From Betaproteobacteria bacterium (GTDB lineage Bacteria > Pseudomonadota > Gammaproteobacteria > Burkholderiales > Usitatibacteraceae), in assembly GCA_031409495.1 (NCBI GenBank), contig JANNXI010000268.1, positions 2,075 to 66,074 on the forward strand: a DNA stretch of 64,000 nt, in the 5' to 3' direction. The notes under the pieces were generated by a model. That model saw only the letters and a list, made by a program, of their open reading frames with translations. It searched no databases and had not been told where the DNA came from. Position numbers and translations under genes: made by a program. The first letter of the stretch is position 1. Each line of letters opens with the position of its first letter. Shown here piece by piece: positions 29,139 to 39,282 of the stretch.

Positions 29139-30359
29139 TCAAAATAGTCCTAAGAATTTCTTGCGCATGGTTGCTACGTTTTGTTCGGCCATCTTTATTA
29201 GCGCGTGCATCGCTTCGGTGTTTTGTTTTTCATCAAGTGCAATCGCTTTTTGCGCAAATTCAACTGCCTTTACATACTGGTCACGCGTATCGAATTTACA
29301 GGCGACTTGGGCGCGCAAGGCGTGCAGTTCGCTTAGTTTAGTGTTGTCGCCCACCTTATATTTATAGTCACAGTAATCGGCTTCGTCTGCCCACCTCCTT
29401 GCCTGTTGCCAATTTTCAATTTGGACATTTAACCTAGCCAAGCGCATCGCAACTATAAAATTGCTGTCGGTGTAGTAGAGCTTTTCATAGTCAGCCCCCG
29501 CTCGTTTTACGTTGTTTAAGTGTTGGGCATACAGATCACCACGATTCATATACATATCTCGCACTGCTAGATCATCTATATTGTCATTACAAGCCAAGAT
29601 GCCCGCACAATAGGTCTTTTCGGCTTGTTCAAACTTGCCAAAGCAATGATAATTCCAGCCATAATTATTCCAAAGTGCAGCTTCTTTCGGCAAGCGTTGC
29701 AGTGCATTTTCAAACGTCGCGCGCATCGCTGGCCAATCGTCCATCGCGGAATACACTTCAGCTAAATCTGTCACCATGTCGGAATATTGGCGGTGCTCGC
29801 CTTGCAACGACTGTTGCGCCTTGCTAGGCAACGCCGCAAAATCGGCAAGCACTTTTTTAAGAACAATAATTGCTTCTGGGTAGCGCTCAGCCTTACGCAG
29901 GCTCTTTCCCCAAAAGCCAAAATGAAAAAATGCATCCTCCTCCTCGCACTTAAAATCGACGGCATCACCATAAACATTTGAATACGCGCTGCCGGCTTCG
30001 ACATGACGACCCAATTCATGCAGCAATCGTGCGCGACCGGTCAAGTTTTCATAAAACGCGCTGTAGCGAATACTGATTTCTTCATAGGTTAAAGCCAGCG
30101 CATAGTCCGGCTTTACGCGATTTGCACAATTGTGATGTGCCATGCCGGCGATGTGCGCATGGTTATTGACGGCACTGCCTTCGCCTTGATCTAAATAGGC
30201 TTGAAACAGTGCGCAGGCCCGTAAATAGGCCTCTCGCGCAAATACCTGATATGGCATTCCAAAATCATCTTCCCCGTCATCTTCATCACGCTCGTCAAGA
30301 AGCTCATTTATTTTTACGCCAGCGTTGTAATAGTCGTAGGCAACTCCGCCATCAAGCAT
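29139..30359 (-). CDS. TPR-repeat protein
   Basis: Helical-repeat sequence with W/Y/A spacing typical of TPR (e.g. ALWNNYGWNYHCFGKFEQAEKTY). Start placed at MLDGG (30359), downstream of the neighbouring stop at 30394. Confidence 0.6.
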   Translation of the reverse strand: MLDGGVAYDYYNAGVKINELLDERDEDDGEDDFGMPYQVFAREAYLRACALFQAYLDQGEGSAVNNHAHIAGMAHHNCANRVKPDYALALTYEEISIRYSAFYENLTGRARLLHELGRHVEAGSAYSNVYGDAVDFKCEEEDAFFHFGFWGKSLRKAERYPEAIIVLKKVLADFAALPSKAQQSLQGEHRQYSDMVTDLAEVYSAMDDWPAMRATFENALQRLPKEAALWNNYGWNYHCFGKFEQAEKTYCAGILACNDNIDDLAVRDMYMNRGDLYAQHLNNVKRAGADYEKLYYTDSNFIVAMRLARLNVQIENWQQARRWADEADYCDYKYKVGDNTKLSELHALRAQVACKFDTRDQYVKAVEFAQKAIALDEKQNTEAMHALIKMAEQNVATMRKKFLGLF

Positions 30360-30393
30360 TATCGGGAAATTAACCGGAAACGGTAAATTGGCG

Positions 30394-31341
30394 TTAATCC
30401 GAACACAAATAGCGTGCCTGATTAAACACATCGTTCGTGGCAGTTGCAAAATATTCCTCGAAAAAATGGATGCTTTTTTCTACGTTGCCTAAATTACCCC
30501 AAGCGCGCGCAAGCACTAAATTAGCGGTGCTGCAACCTGCATCAAGTACCAGCGCTTTTTCAGCCAATACGATACATTTTTGAAACAACACAGTGTCACT
30601 GCAGTCGCATAAATCAACACGCAAATAGGTGGTGTCCATATGCAACAGCGCGTAGGCCACGTACAACGTTGGATTTTCCACCTTAGCTACATTGATGGTT
30701 TGTTCAAGAAGTTCCGTGTGCAGCTGCGATGCAGCTTGGCTCTCCCACACCGCTGCGCCGTTGAAGCAGTCAGCGGCAAGATCATATCGTTGCAGCGTAA
30801 ATGCCAGTAGTCCCGTTTCGCTCAATACCTGCGCATCATCGGGCGCATGCTTAAGTGCTTCGACGTAGCATTCAAGTGCCAGCTCAGACTGATTTGATCG
30901 CTGCAAAAATCTGGCCTTCTCAGCTAGGGCGCAGCGCATTTTGGGATCAATCTCGGTTCTAGGGTGCAGCGCAGTGTTGGCGCCAGCGGTGTCAGTGGCG
31001 TAAGTGGCTGCGAATTGTGGAATCAACGCCATCCAGCGATCAAAGTACGCCAATGCCTGCGAAATGTGGCCGCACTGCTCGTGGGCTAACAGTGCAATGC
31101 CAATCGCACGCACGGACTGATCAAAGGTGGGTGACCGCCCCAGTACGTTTTCCACATCTGCGATTATCGCCGCGTAGTTTGGTGGCTCGCTTTGCGCAAA
31201 TGCTTGCGTTCGTAGAAAATAGCCCTCAAGATGATTGGGCTTTAACGCAAGAGCGGATGTTAAGTCATCCAATATAGGTCGTGCGTCAAAAATTGGGCTG
31301 TCGCCGTTTTGCCACAGCCCATACCTGCTAGCTGCACGCAA
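30394..31341 (-). CDS. TPR-repeat protein, possibly frameshifted at its 5' end
   Basis: TPR-like repeats (AYFDRWMALIP..., ALECYVEALKHAPDDA...). A 29-codon TPR-like N-terminus (VEKIIIEAEDLFDTGRFTDAIALLTPLSP*) lies upstream in another frame at 31368-31457. Confidence 0.55.
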   Translation of the reverse strand: MRAASRYGLWQNGDSPIFDARPILDDLTSALALKPNHLEGYFLRTQAFAQSEPPNYAAIIADVENVLGRSPTFDQSVRAIGIALLAHEQCGHISQALAYFDRWMALIPQFAATYATDTAGANTALHPRTEIDPKMRCALAEKARFLQRSNQSELALECYVEALKHAPDDAQVLSETGLLAFTLQRYDLAADCFNGAAVWESQAASQLHTELLEQTINVAKVENPTLYVAYALLHMDTTYLRVDLCDCSDTVLFQKCIVLAEKALVLDAGCSTANLVLARAWGNLGNVEKSIHFFEEYFATATNDVFNQARYLCSD

Positions 31342-31465
31342 ATAGTAAGCCTCGCTTTGCGACGTATTTATGGTGATAAAGGTGTTAATAGCGCGATGGC
31401 GTCAGTGAATCGACCCGTGTCGAATAAGTCTTCAGCTTCAATTATAATTTTTTCCACTTAGCTAT

Positions 31466-31709
31466 CCAGGTAGTTTGAAAGCGATGCGTGGTTTCAAGCG
31501 TACCGCAAAAATCCAGTTCAACACTTTCCGCGTAGTGCATAAGTAAGCATTGTTTGCATCTCATCATTTGTATGCCTTTCATCTAATCCAGGTAGTTTGA
31601 AAGCGATGCGTTGTTTCAAGCGTACCGCAAAAATCCAGTTCAACACTTTCCGCGTAGTGCATAAGTAAGCATTGTTTGCATCCCATCGTTTGTATGCCTT
31701 TCATCTAAT
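31466..31709 (+). repeat. tandem direct duplication, 2 x 122 bp
   Basis: 31466-31587 and 31588-31709 differ at 3 positions. The second copy ends 17 nt before ATG 31727. Confidence 0.95.
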
Positions 31710-31726
31710 TCAGAGAGATCCACCTC

Positions 31727-32650
31727 ATGAAATTTAAATCAACCCCCAGTTTTCCTAAAACCAACGCAATCAACATTCTGCTCACACCGCTATTATTGGC
31801 GCTTAGCGCCGCAAGCTATGCTCAAACCCCCGCGGTCGAGGCGACTCCGGTCAGTCCAAGCACATTTTCGTCAAAGCTATTGCTCACTGGTGGCGTTTCC
31901 AGCATTGAAGGTGCGGCAGGCGGCGGATTGACCCCATGGGCGGTGATTGGCGGCAACGGCACAAGCGATCAGTTTGGCGCAAATGTGTTCGCCACGAATG
32001 TGCGGGCTAAAGACTACAACTTGGCCGTAGTTGGGGGCTTGATCGGTATTTACGATCGTGCAGAATTGTCGTTTGCTAAACAAACCTTTGATACCCGTAA
32101 TGTGGGCGGTTTGTTAGGGCTTGGTAATGGTTATAAATTTGAACAGCAAATTATCGGCTTAAAAGTACGGGTCGCTGGCGACGCCGTACTAGAGCAAGAT
32201 AGCGCGCTGCCGCAAATTTCAGTTGGCCTACTGCATAAAAAGAATAATCGCGGCCAATTACTGAACGCCTTGGGCATTCCTAAAGACAAAGGTACGGATG
32301 TTTATGTATCGGCCACCAAGCTATTTTTAAGCACCAGCATTTTAGTCAACGGCACGGTGCGCTTCACCAAAGCGAATCAAACTGGAATTTTAGGTTTCAA
32401 CACTGGCGGCTACAAAACAAAGCTAGAAGGCTCGATTGCCTACTTGCTGCGGCGTGACTTCGCTATCGGCGCCGAGTTTCGTGCCAAGCCCGATAAACTT
32501 GGCTTCGAGGAAAACAACTGGGCAGATTTGTTTGTAGCGTGGGCGCCAACCAAGAATGTATCGGTCACTTTAGCCTATGCCGACCTTGGCAACATCGTAA
32601 TCAAAGACAAGCAGCGCGCGACGTATTTGTCTGTACAAGTTGGCTTCTAA
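31727..32650 (+). CDS. DUF3034-like exported protein
   Basis: Signal peptide ...LLLALSAASYAQ, then LLLTGGVSSIEGAAGGGLTPWAVIGG...RAELSFAKQTFDT, which resembles the DUF3034 family as I remember it. Beta-rich. Confidence 0.6.
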   Translation: MKFKSTPSFPKTNAINILLTPLLLALSAASYAQTPAVEATPVSPSTFSSKLLLTGGVSSIEGAAGGGLTPWAVIGGNGTSDQFGANVFATNVRAKDYNLAVVGGLIGIYDRAELSFAKQTFDTRNVGGLLGLGNGYKFEQQIIGLKVRVAGDAVLEQDSALPQISVGLLHKKNNRGQLLNALGIPKDKGTDVYVSATKLFLSTSILVNGTVRFTKANQTGILGFNTGGYKTKLEGSIAYLLRRDFAIGAEFRAKPDKLGFEENNWADLFVAWAPTKNVSVTLAYADLGNIVIKDKQRATYLSVQVGF

Positions 32651-32690
32651 TTTATTCAACCCTAATTTTCAGCATCGAAAGACTAATTTC

Positions 32691-33164
32691 ATGAATCTCA
32701 CCATCACCAAACGTATTTTTGCCACCTTTGCAGCCCTTGGTATTTTAATCAGCGGCACTTTTATGGCGCAAACCGCACAAGCGCAAGAGGGCGCGCGCTT
32801 ATCGGGCACAGAAACATTTAAAGATTTCGGCGGCAAAGCCGGTCTTGAAAAAATCATGGATACGTTTTGGTTAAATTTACTTGCCGAACCAAGCATGAAG
32901 CCGTTTTTTACTGAAACTGATCCCGCGCACTTTAAGAAGCAGTTGGTCGACCAAACCTGTGAAATTATGAACGGCGGCTGCGAATACCAAGGCGGCAAAA
33001 TGAAGCCGATTCATGCGGGACATTTGATTAAGCGCGAACACTTCAATGCCTTAGTTGAGCAGCTTCAAAAGGCAATGACCACCCACAGCGTGCCGTTTGC
33101 GTCGCAAAATAAGCTGTTAGCGGCCTTAGCACCGATGCACCGTGATATCGTTACTAAGCAATAG
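32691..33164 (+). CDS. group I truncated haemoglobin with N-terminal signal peptide
   Basis: Start ATG 32691 gives MNLTITKRIFATFAALGILISGTFMAQTAQAQ (Sec-type signal). The globin core is FGGKAGLEKIMDTFWLNLLAEPSMKPFF...GGKMKPIHAGHLIKREHFNALVEQL, matching trHbN helix B/E/F signatures. Confidence 0.8.
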   Translation: MNLTITKRIFATFAALGILISGTFMAQTAQAQEGARLSGTETFKDFGGKAGLEKIMDTFWLNLLAEPSMKPFFTETDPAHFKKQLVDQTCEIMNGGCEYQGGKMKPIHAGHLIKREHFNALVEQLQKAMTTHSVPFASQNKLLAALAPMHRDIVTKQ

Positions 33165-33183
33165 TTTTTAGCATAGAAATGAC

Positions 33184-33220
33184 CTGAAGACGCCCTAAAA
33201 TAGGGCGTCTTCAGTCTTTT
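33184..33220 (+). terminator. REP-like palindrome / rho-independent terminator (family copy 2)
   Basis: CTGAAGACGCCCT-aaaat-AGGGCGTCTTCAG followed by TCTTTTT, 20 nt after the globin stop. Confidence 0.8.
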
Positions 33221-33356
33221 TAAGATTGATCAGCACGACCTGCTTGCCATTTTTTCGCCACAATCTATCCTAATTTGCACTAAATTGCTGCACAAATCGC
33301 ACACGATGTAGGCCTTAAATGAAGGTGTCGCCAACCCATCATTTAAGGACAACGCC

Positions 33357-33608
33357 ATGAAAACCTTGCAATTTAATCGCTTAAACGGTTTCAATTTATT
33401 CAGCGTAGCAGCCAGCGCAGCAGTCATGGCAGCGATAGCAGTTGCAGCTTCAGTTGTTTTTGTAAGCGTAGTAAACGAGCATGGCGCAAGTAGCCAGCCG
33501 CCGGAGCATGATGTGAAGGGCGATTTATTTGCCACTATTGAATCACAAGCCGATACCGCCGCTGCAAGTTTTTCACCACGATCATCAACATTAGAAAAAT
33601 TCGATTAA
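33357..33608 (+). CDS. small membrane/secreted hypothetical protein
   Basis: 83 aa with one hydrophobic helix (FSVAASAAVMAAIAVAASVVFVSVV). It ends 9 nt before the sigma-factor ORF. No recognisable family. Confidence 0.4.
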   Translation: MKTLQFNRLNGFNLFSVAASAAVMAAIAVAASVVFVSVVNEHGASSQPPEHDVKGDLFATIESQADTAAASFSPRSSTLEKFD

Positions 33609-33617
33609 CACCTAATT

Positions 33618-34436
33618 ATGAACCTCAGCATCACGCGCGCAACGGGCAACGCAAGTTATTCAACACGTTTAGGTCAGCGCCTAAACGCGTTTATAATTAT
33701 GCGTATGAATGAGTCAAAAAAACCTCGGGTTACAAAAGTACCAAGTCGCCTCGCCGCTTGTGTGGCTACGCCCAAGTTGGGCGATACCACCCAGGCAGAG
33801 ATTGATGCCGCTGCCGCCAACGCCAAACGCGATGCCGAAAATTTAGAGCTTTTCTCTCTGGTACAGGCGATGGCGCGGCAGGAACAACCCGCGCTTTCGT
33901 GCTTTTATGATCTCACTATGCGACGCGTTTTTACCATCGCGCAACGCATTGTGCGGCTGCCTGAATTAGCCGAAGAAGTGGTATCTGATACGTATATGCA
34001 AGTATGGCGCGAAGCGACACGCTATGATGCATCGCGAGGCCGCGTGATGGCTTGGCTGCTGATTGTTGCTCGGAGCCGCGCGCTAGACTGTTTGCGGCGT
34101 CAAGACGACACGGTAGCGCACCCTGAGCCGCACCTCCTGCAAGACATGGAAAGCGATGAACACGGCGATATGCAGCAAGCTGGTGACGCACCTAGCAACG
34201 CATCACCACCCGACTTACTCGCCACCACGGAACGTAACACCGCCTTGCACCAGGCGCTGCTGACGCTCGCGCCCATCGAGCGACAACTACTGGCGCTCGC
34301 TTTTTTTCGCGGTTTAAGTCATGCCGAAATAGCCGACCACGCCAATCTTGCGCTTGGCACCGTAAAAACCCACATTCGCCGCGCGCTAGCATCCTTGCGC
34401 GTCGTTCTTGGCGACAATGCCGCCGAATACATTTAA
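33618..34436 (+). CDS. ECF-type sigma-70 factor with extended N-terminus
   Basis: Region 2 (FYDLTMRRVFTIAQRIV...VSDTYMQVWREATRYD...WLLIVARSRALDCLRR) and region 4 (LAPIERQLLALAFFRGLSHAEIADHANLALGTVKTHIRRA). The start is uncertain: 33618, 33699 or 33705. Confidence 0.85.
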   Translation: MNLSITRATGNASYSTRLGQRLNAFIIMRMNESKKPRVTKVPSRLAACVATPKLGDTTQAEIDAAAANAKRDAENLELFSLVQAMARQEQPALSCFYDLTMRRVFTIAQRIVRLPELAEEVVSDTYMQVWREATRYDASRGRVMAWLLIVARSRALDCLRRQDDTVAHPEPHLLQDMESDEHGDMQQAGDAPSNASPPDLLATTERNTALHQALLTLAPIERQLLALAFFRGLSHAEIADHANLALGTVKTHIRRALASLRVVLGDNAAEYI

Positions 34437-35010
34437 CGAGATCGCCATGCGCGCCAAGTCAAACACACTGAGCACAATATCAAAAGGCATGACTGATAGT
34501 TTGCCGCAAAACACCATCGATGCCATCGCGGAAAATTTAGCGCTGATCGACGTAGCACCAGCGCGTAGTGCGCGCGTAAAAGCGGCACTGTTAGCTTGGT
34601 CAGTAACGGCAACCAGCATGACAACTACGCGCACCACGACGGCTACGGAGACCGAAAAAAACATCAGCACGCACCACGCATTTAATGCAGCCGATAGCGG
34701 CGGTGGCGCGAAATGGCGCGTCATTAACCCTCTTGTTTCGATGCAAATATTGCACGACGATGGTGAAACCCTGTCTTGGTACGCGCGTTTCCAGCCTGGC
34801 GGCCGCCTGCCTGCACACGACCATACAGGCGACGAAGAAAGCTTAGTCATCAGCGGCTCGTGCTATTTAAACGACAAACTGATGCAAGTAGGTGACTATC
34901 AAGTTTGCCGCGCAGGGTCTCGCCACGATAATGTGCATAGTGAACATGGCTGCATGCTGTTCATTCGCACGCCCAAGGCCATGCTGCGCAGCCACGCGCA
35001 TGCTTATTGA
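34408..35010 (+). CDS. ChrR-like cupin-domain putative anti-sigma factor (no zinc-binding anti-sigma motif seen)
   Basis: C-terminal cupin WRVINPLVSMQILHDDGETLSWYARFQPGGRLPAHDHTGDEESLVISG resembles the ChrR cupin. The N-terminus has no HxxxCxxC. An alternative start lies at 34447. Confidence 0.6.
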   Translation: MATMPPNTFNEIAMRAKSNTLSTISKGMTDSLPQNTIDAIAENLALIDVAPARSARVKAALLAWSVTATSMTTTRTTTATETEKNISTHHAFNAADSGGGAKWRVINPLVSMQILHDDGETLSWYARFQPGGRLPAHDHTGDEESLVISGSCYLNDKLMQVGDYQVCRAGSRHDNVHSEHGCMLFIRTPKAMLRSHAHAY

Positions 35011-35100
35011 TTGGCGCTTTCCAAAGCATGATTTGCGCAAGTACCGAGCAACACCAGGAACAACGCATTGGAACAACAAACAAGAGAAATTAGCAGTAAA

Positions 35101-35143
35101 AATAGCCTGAAGGTGCCCTATTTTAGGGCTTCTTCAGGCTATT
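35101..35143. repeat. REP-like palindrome (family copy 3, imperfect)
   Basis: AATAGCCTGAAGGTGCCCT-atttt-AGGGCTTCTTCAGGCTATT, with two non-Watson-Crick positions in the stem. Confidence 0.8.
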
Positions 35144-35278
35144 TCTTTTAAAAAAGCAACATTTACCCACGTTGGGGGAGGATCACCGGCTAAGTGGCTT
35201 GCTCGCATCACGAAACAAATAGGGTATATTTATTTTTTCGGCTCACCATCCAACACACCAACTTAAAAAGAAAGTCTC

Positions 35279-36286
35279 ATGTCTAATACCATAGAAGTAA
35301 CCCGTGCCATATACGAACAACGTGGTCCAGTACCACAGGAATCTATTGCTGCAGTGAAGCAAACTTTACCAGCGCTCACGCCGAGCCAAGTTCTCATTGA
35401 AGTACTGGCTTCCCCTATTAACCCTTCCGACGTGCTCACCCTTACTGGCGGCTATGGCATATTGCCACCGTTGCCTGCAGTGGGTGGCAATGAAGGCGTT
35501 GGTAAAGTTGCGGCGATTGGCGATGATGTGATGAGCCTAACTGTAGGCCAAATGGTGTTGCTGCCTGTGGGCACGGGTACGTGGTCAACACACATCGTGG
35601 CAGACGCTCGCAAAGTCATGGCTGCGCCGAAGGGCGCGGATCCTGAACAATTAAGTATGTTGACGGTAAACCCACCCACGGCATCGTTGATGCTGTCTGA
35701 GTTTGTGGACTTAAAAGAGGGTGATTGGGTCATTCAAAACGCAGCTAACTCTGGTGTGGGCGCGTATTTGGTGCAGTTAGCAAAACTACGCGGCTTAAAA
35801 ACAGTGAATATCGTGCGCCGTGATAGCGCCATTGACGGCGTTAAAGCCATGGGGGGCGATGTAGTCATCACCGACGGCAAGGGCTTCGGTAAGCGGGTGG
35901 CTGAAGCAACAGGCGGCGCAAAAATAATGCTCGGCATTGACGCGGTGGGTGGCGCTGCAACCGACCGCCTAGCGTCATGCTTGGGCGAAGGCGGCACGCT
36001 GGTTAACTACGGCATGATGAGCGGCGAACCTTGCCAGGTGTCGCCAGCTAACTTCGTGTTTCGGAACATCACCTTAAAAGGTTTTTGGCTGGCGTTTTGG
36101 TTTCGGAACGCCACGCCACAACAACAAGCCGCTACGTTTGGCAGTATTGCTAAGCTGATTGCTGAAGGCAAATTACACACGGCAATTCATGCACGTTATG
36201 GCTTGAGCCAGATTAAAGAGGCCGTGGCCGCAGCAGCAGCTGGCGAGCGCAATGGTAAGATTTTGGTGGTGCCCGGTTTAGGCTAA
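35279..36286 (+). CDS. MDR-superfamily NAD(P)H-dependent enoyl/quinone reductase
   Basis: GroES-like N-terminus (INPSDVLTLTGGYG) and Rossmann motif NAANSGVGAYLVQLAK. It resembles 2-enoyl thioester reductase-type MDR enzymes. Confidence 0.8.
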   Translation: MSNTIEVTRAIYEQRGPVPQESIAAVKQTLPALTPSQVLIEVLASPINPSDVLTLTGGYGILPPLPAVGGNEGVGKVAAIGDDVMSLTVGQMVLLPVGTGTWSTHIVADARKVMAAPKGADPEQLSMLTVNPPTASLMLSEFVDLKEGDWVIQNAANSGVGAYLVQLAKLRGLKTVNIVRRDSAIDGVKAMGGDVVITDGKGFGKRVAEATGGAKIMLGIDAVGGAATDRLASCLGEGGTLVNYGMMSGEPCQVSPANFVFRNITLKGFWLAFWFRNATPQQQAATFGSIAKLIAEGKLHTAIHARYGLSQIKEAVAAAAAGERNGKILVVPGLG

Positions 36287-36309
36287 ACTTGCTGCAGCAG
36301 CACCCTACA

Positions 36310-36352
36310 AATAGGCTGTAGATGCCCGAAAATAGGGCATCTACAGCCTATT
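36310..36352. terminator. REP-like palindrome (family copy 4), bidirectional terminator between convergent genes
   Basis: Perfect 18-bp stem AATAGGCTGTAGATGCCC-gaaaata-GGGCATCTACAGCCTATT. It differs from the family consensus by paired (compensatory) substitutions. Confidence 0.8.
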
Positions 36353-36355
36353 AAT

Positions 36356-37717
36356 TTAGATGGTTTGGAATGGGTAAACGGAACCCAGCTGCAAGATTTG
36401 GGTTAGGCTATCCAGCGCCGCGCGGGATTCATCGAGCAATTGCGGATCACCCAAATCTGCCTCAGCCATACGATCCCGATAATGCTGCTTTACCCACGTC
36501 GTAAGCGTGGTGTACAGCGCCGGGGTAAGCAACACGCCAGGATTTACGGCGGCAGCTTCGGTTGCGGTTAATTCAACGCGCAGCCGGAGGCAGGCGGGGC
36601 CGCCACCGTTGCGCATGCTTTCACGTAGATCCATCACCAGCACTTTTTTAATCGGTGTCAATGCCGCTTCCGTCAGCCCTTGTAAATAATGCCAAACCCG
36701 CGCGTTATTCTTACATTCACTCGGCACCAGCAACATCATGCTGCCATCGGCTTGGCTTAATAACTGGCTATTAAACAAATAGGAACTTACGGCGTCGGCC
36801 ACACTTACCGCGTTGCTCGGCACCACAACAGCCACAAAACTGGCGCCTTGTTTTTGCTTTAGCTCCGCGATCACAGCCGCTTGATCTAAAAACGCCTGCT
36901 CATGACAAAACAATACATTACCGTTACCAACAGCAATTACGTCGTTGTGAAACACTCCTGCGTCAATCACGTCGGGATGTTGCTGTGCGTAAACCACATG
37001 CGCGTCAGAAAGCCCGTGTAGGCGTGCCACCGCCTGCGAAGCTTCAAGGGATTGCCGCGCGGGAAAGCGCTTCGGCGCAGGTTTAGAAGTATCAAAACCA
37101 TGCGCGCCATAGACAAAAAACTCTACCCCGCGTTGACCATACTCTGCACAAAACCTGGTGTGGTTAGCCGCACCCTCGTCGCCCAAGGCCGGACAGTTTT
37201 GCAGCGCGCCGTGATGCGCAAAATATTGCGCATTGGGAAACATCGCCTGCAACAATCTGCTCGTTTGCGGATGCTCCATCGCCCGATGAAATTTATTGTT
37301 TAAATTTGCCGCAGTAAAATGTACGCGGCCATCAGCCGTATTGGCCGATGGGCTCACCGTGGCGGCGTTGGCCGTCCACATAGATGAAGCACTACACACG
37401 CTATTGAATATTGCAGGTGCATTTTTTACCGCTACGCTAATCACTTGCGCATCGCTACCAACAAAGCCTAATGCCTGCAAAGCCCCTATATTCGGGCGTT
37501 CGTGGGGTGCAAATACGCCTTGCGAAAAGCCCTGATCATGCAGGGCCTTCATTTTATCAAGCCCTTGCAGCGCGGCAAGCTTAGGGTTAGCGACTGCACC
37601 CTGATTATTGCTCGACGCAATATTGCCAAAAGATAAGCCACTGTAATTATGCGTGGGCCCGACTAAACCGTCGAAGTTAAACTCAGTAGTACGTGCTTTA
37701 GGTAATGGCGTTTGCAT
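36356..37717 (-). CDS. astB: N-succinylarginine dihydrolase
   Basis: [24 protein letters not shown] is the AstB N-terminal signature. About 450 aa, in an AST operon context. Confidence 0.92.
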   Translation of the reverse strand: MQTPLPKARTTEFNFDGLVGPTHNYSGLSFGNIASSNNQGAVANPKLAALQGLDKMKALHDQGFSQGVFAPHERPNIGALQALGFVGSDAQVISVAVKNAPAIFNSVCSASSMWTANAATVSPSANTADGRVHFTAANLNNKFHRAMEHPQTSRLLQAMFPNAQYFAHHGALQNCPALGDEGAANHTRFCAEYGQRGVEFFVYGAHGFDTSKPAPKRFPARQSLEASQAVARLHGLSDAHVVYAQQHPDVIDAGVFHNDVIAVGNGNVLFCHEQAFLDQAAVIAELKQKQGASFVAVVVPSNAVSVADAVSSYLFNSQLLSQADGSMMLLVPSECKNNARVWHYLQGLTEAALTPIKKVLVMDLRESMRNGGGPACLRLRVELTATEAAAVNPGVLLTPALYTTLTTWVKQHYRDRMAEADLGDPQLLDESRAALDSLTQILQLGSVYPFQTI

Positions 37718-37728
37718 GATTTATCTTT

Positions 37729-39213
<1,485 letters not shown>

Positions 39214-39233
39214 TTATATTTAGCCGAGTCCAT

Positions 39234-39275
39234 AGCCAACAGCCATTCGCCAACAACCATTTGCCAACAACCATT
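39234..39275. repeat. 3 x 14-bp tandem repeat in the astA-astD intercistronic spacer
   Basis: AGCCAACAGCCATT / CGCCAACAACCATT / TGCCAACAACCATT, head to tail. Confidence 0.9.
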
Positions 39276-39282
39276 AGCCTAT

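Noticed and set aside
31466-31709. The tandem repeat as a possible CRISPR array or minisatellite.
   Set aside because: There are only two long (122-bp) abutting copies with no spacers and no cas genes. It is a simple tandem duplication.
33230-33535. A 101-aa minus-strand ORF.
   Set aside because: It overlaps the plus-strand 83-aa ORF and the terminator region. Neither is strongly supported. I kept only the plus-strand ORF, because it abuts the sigma gene.
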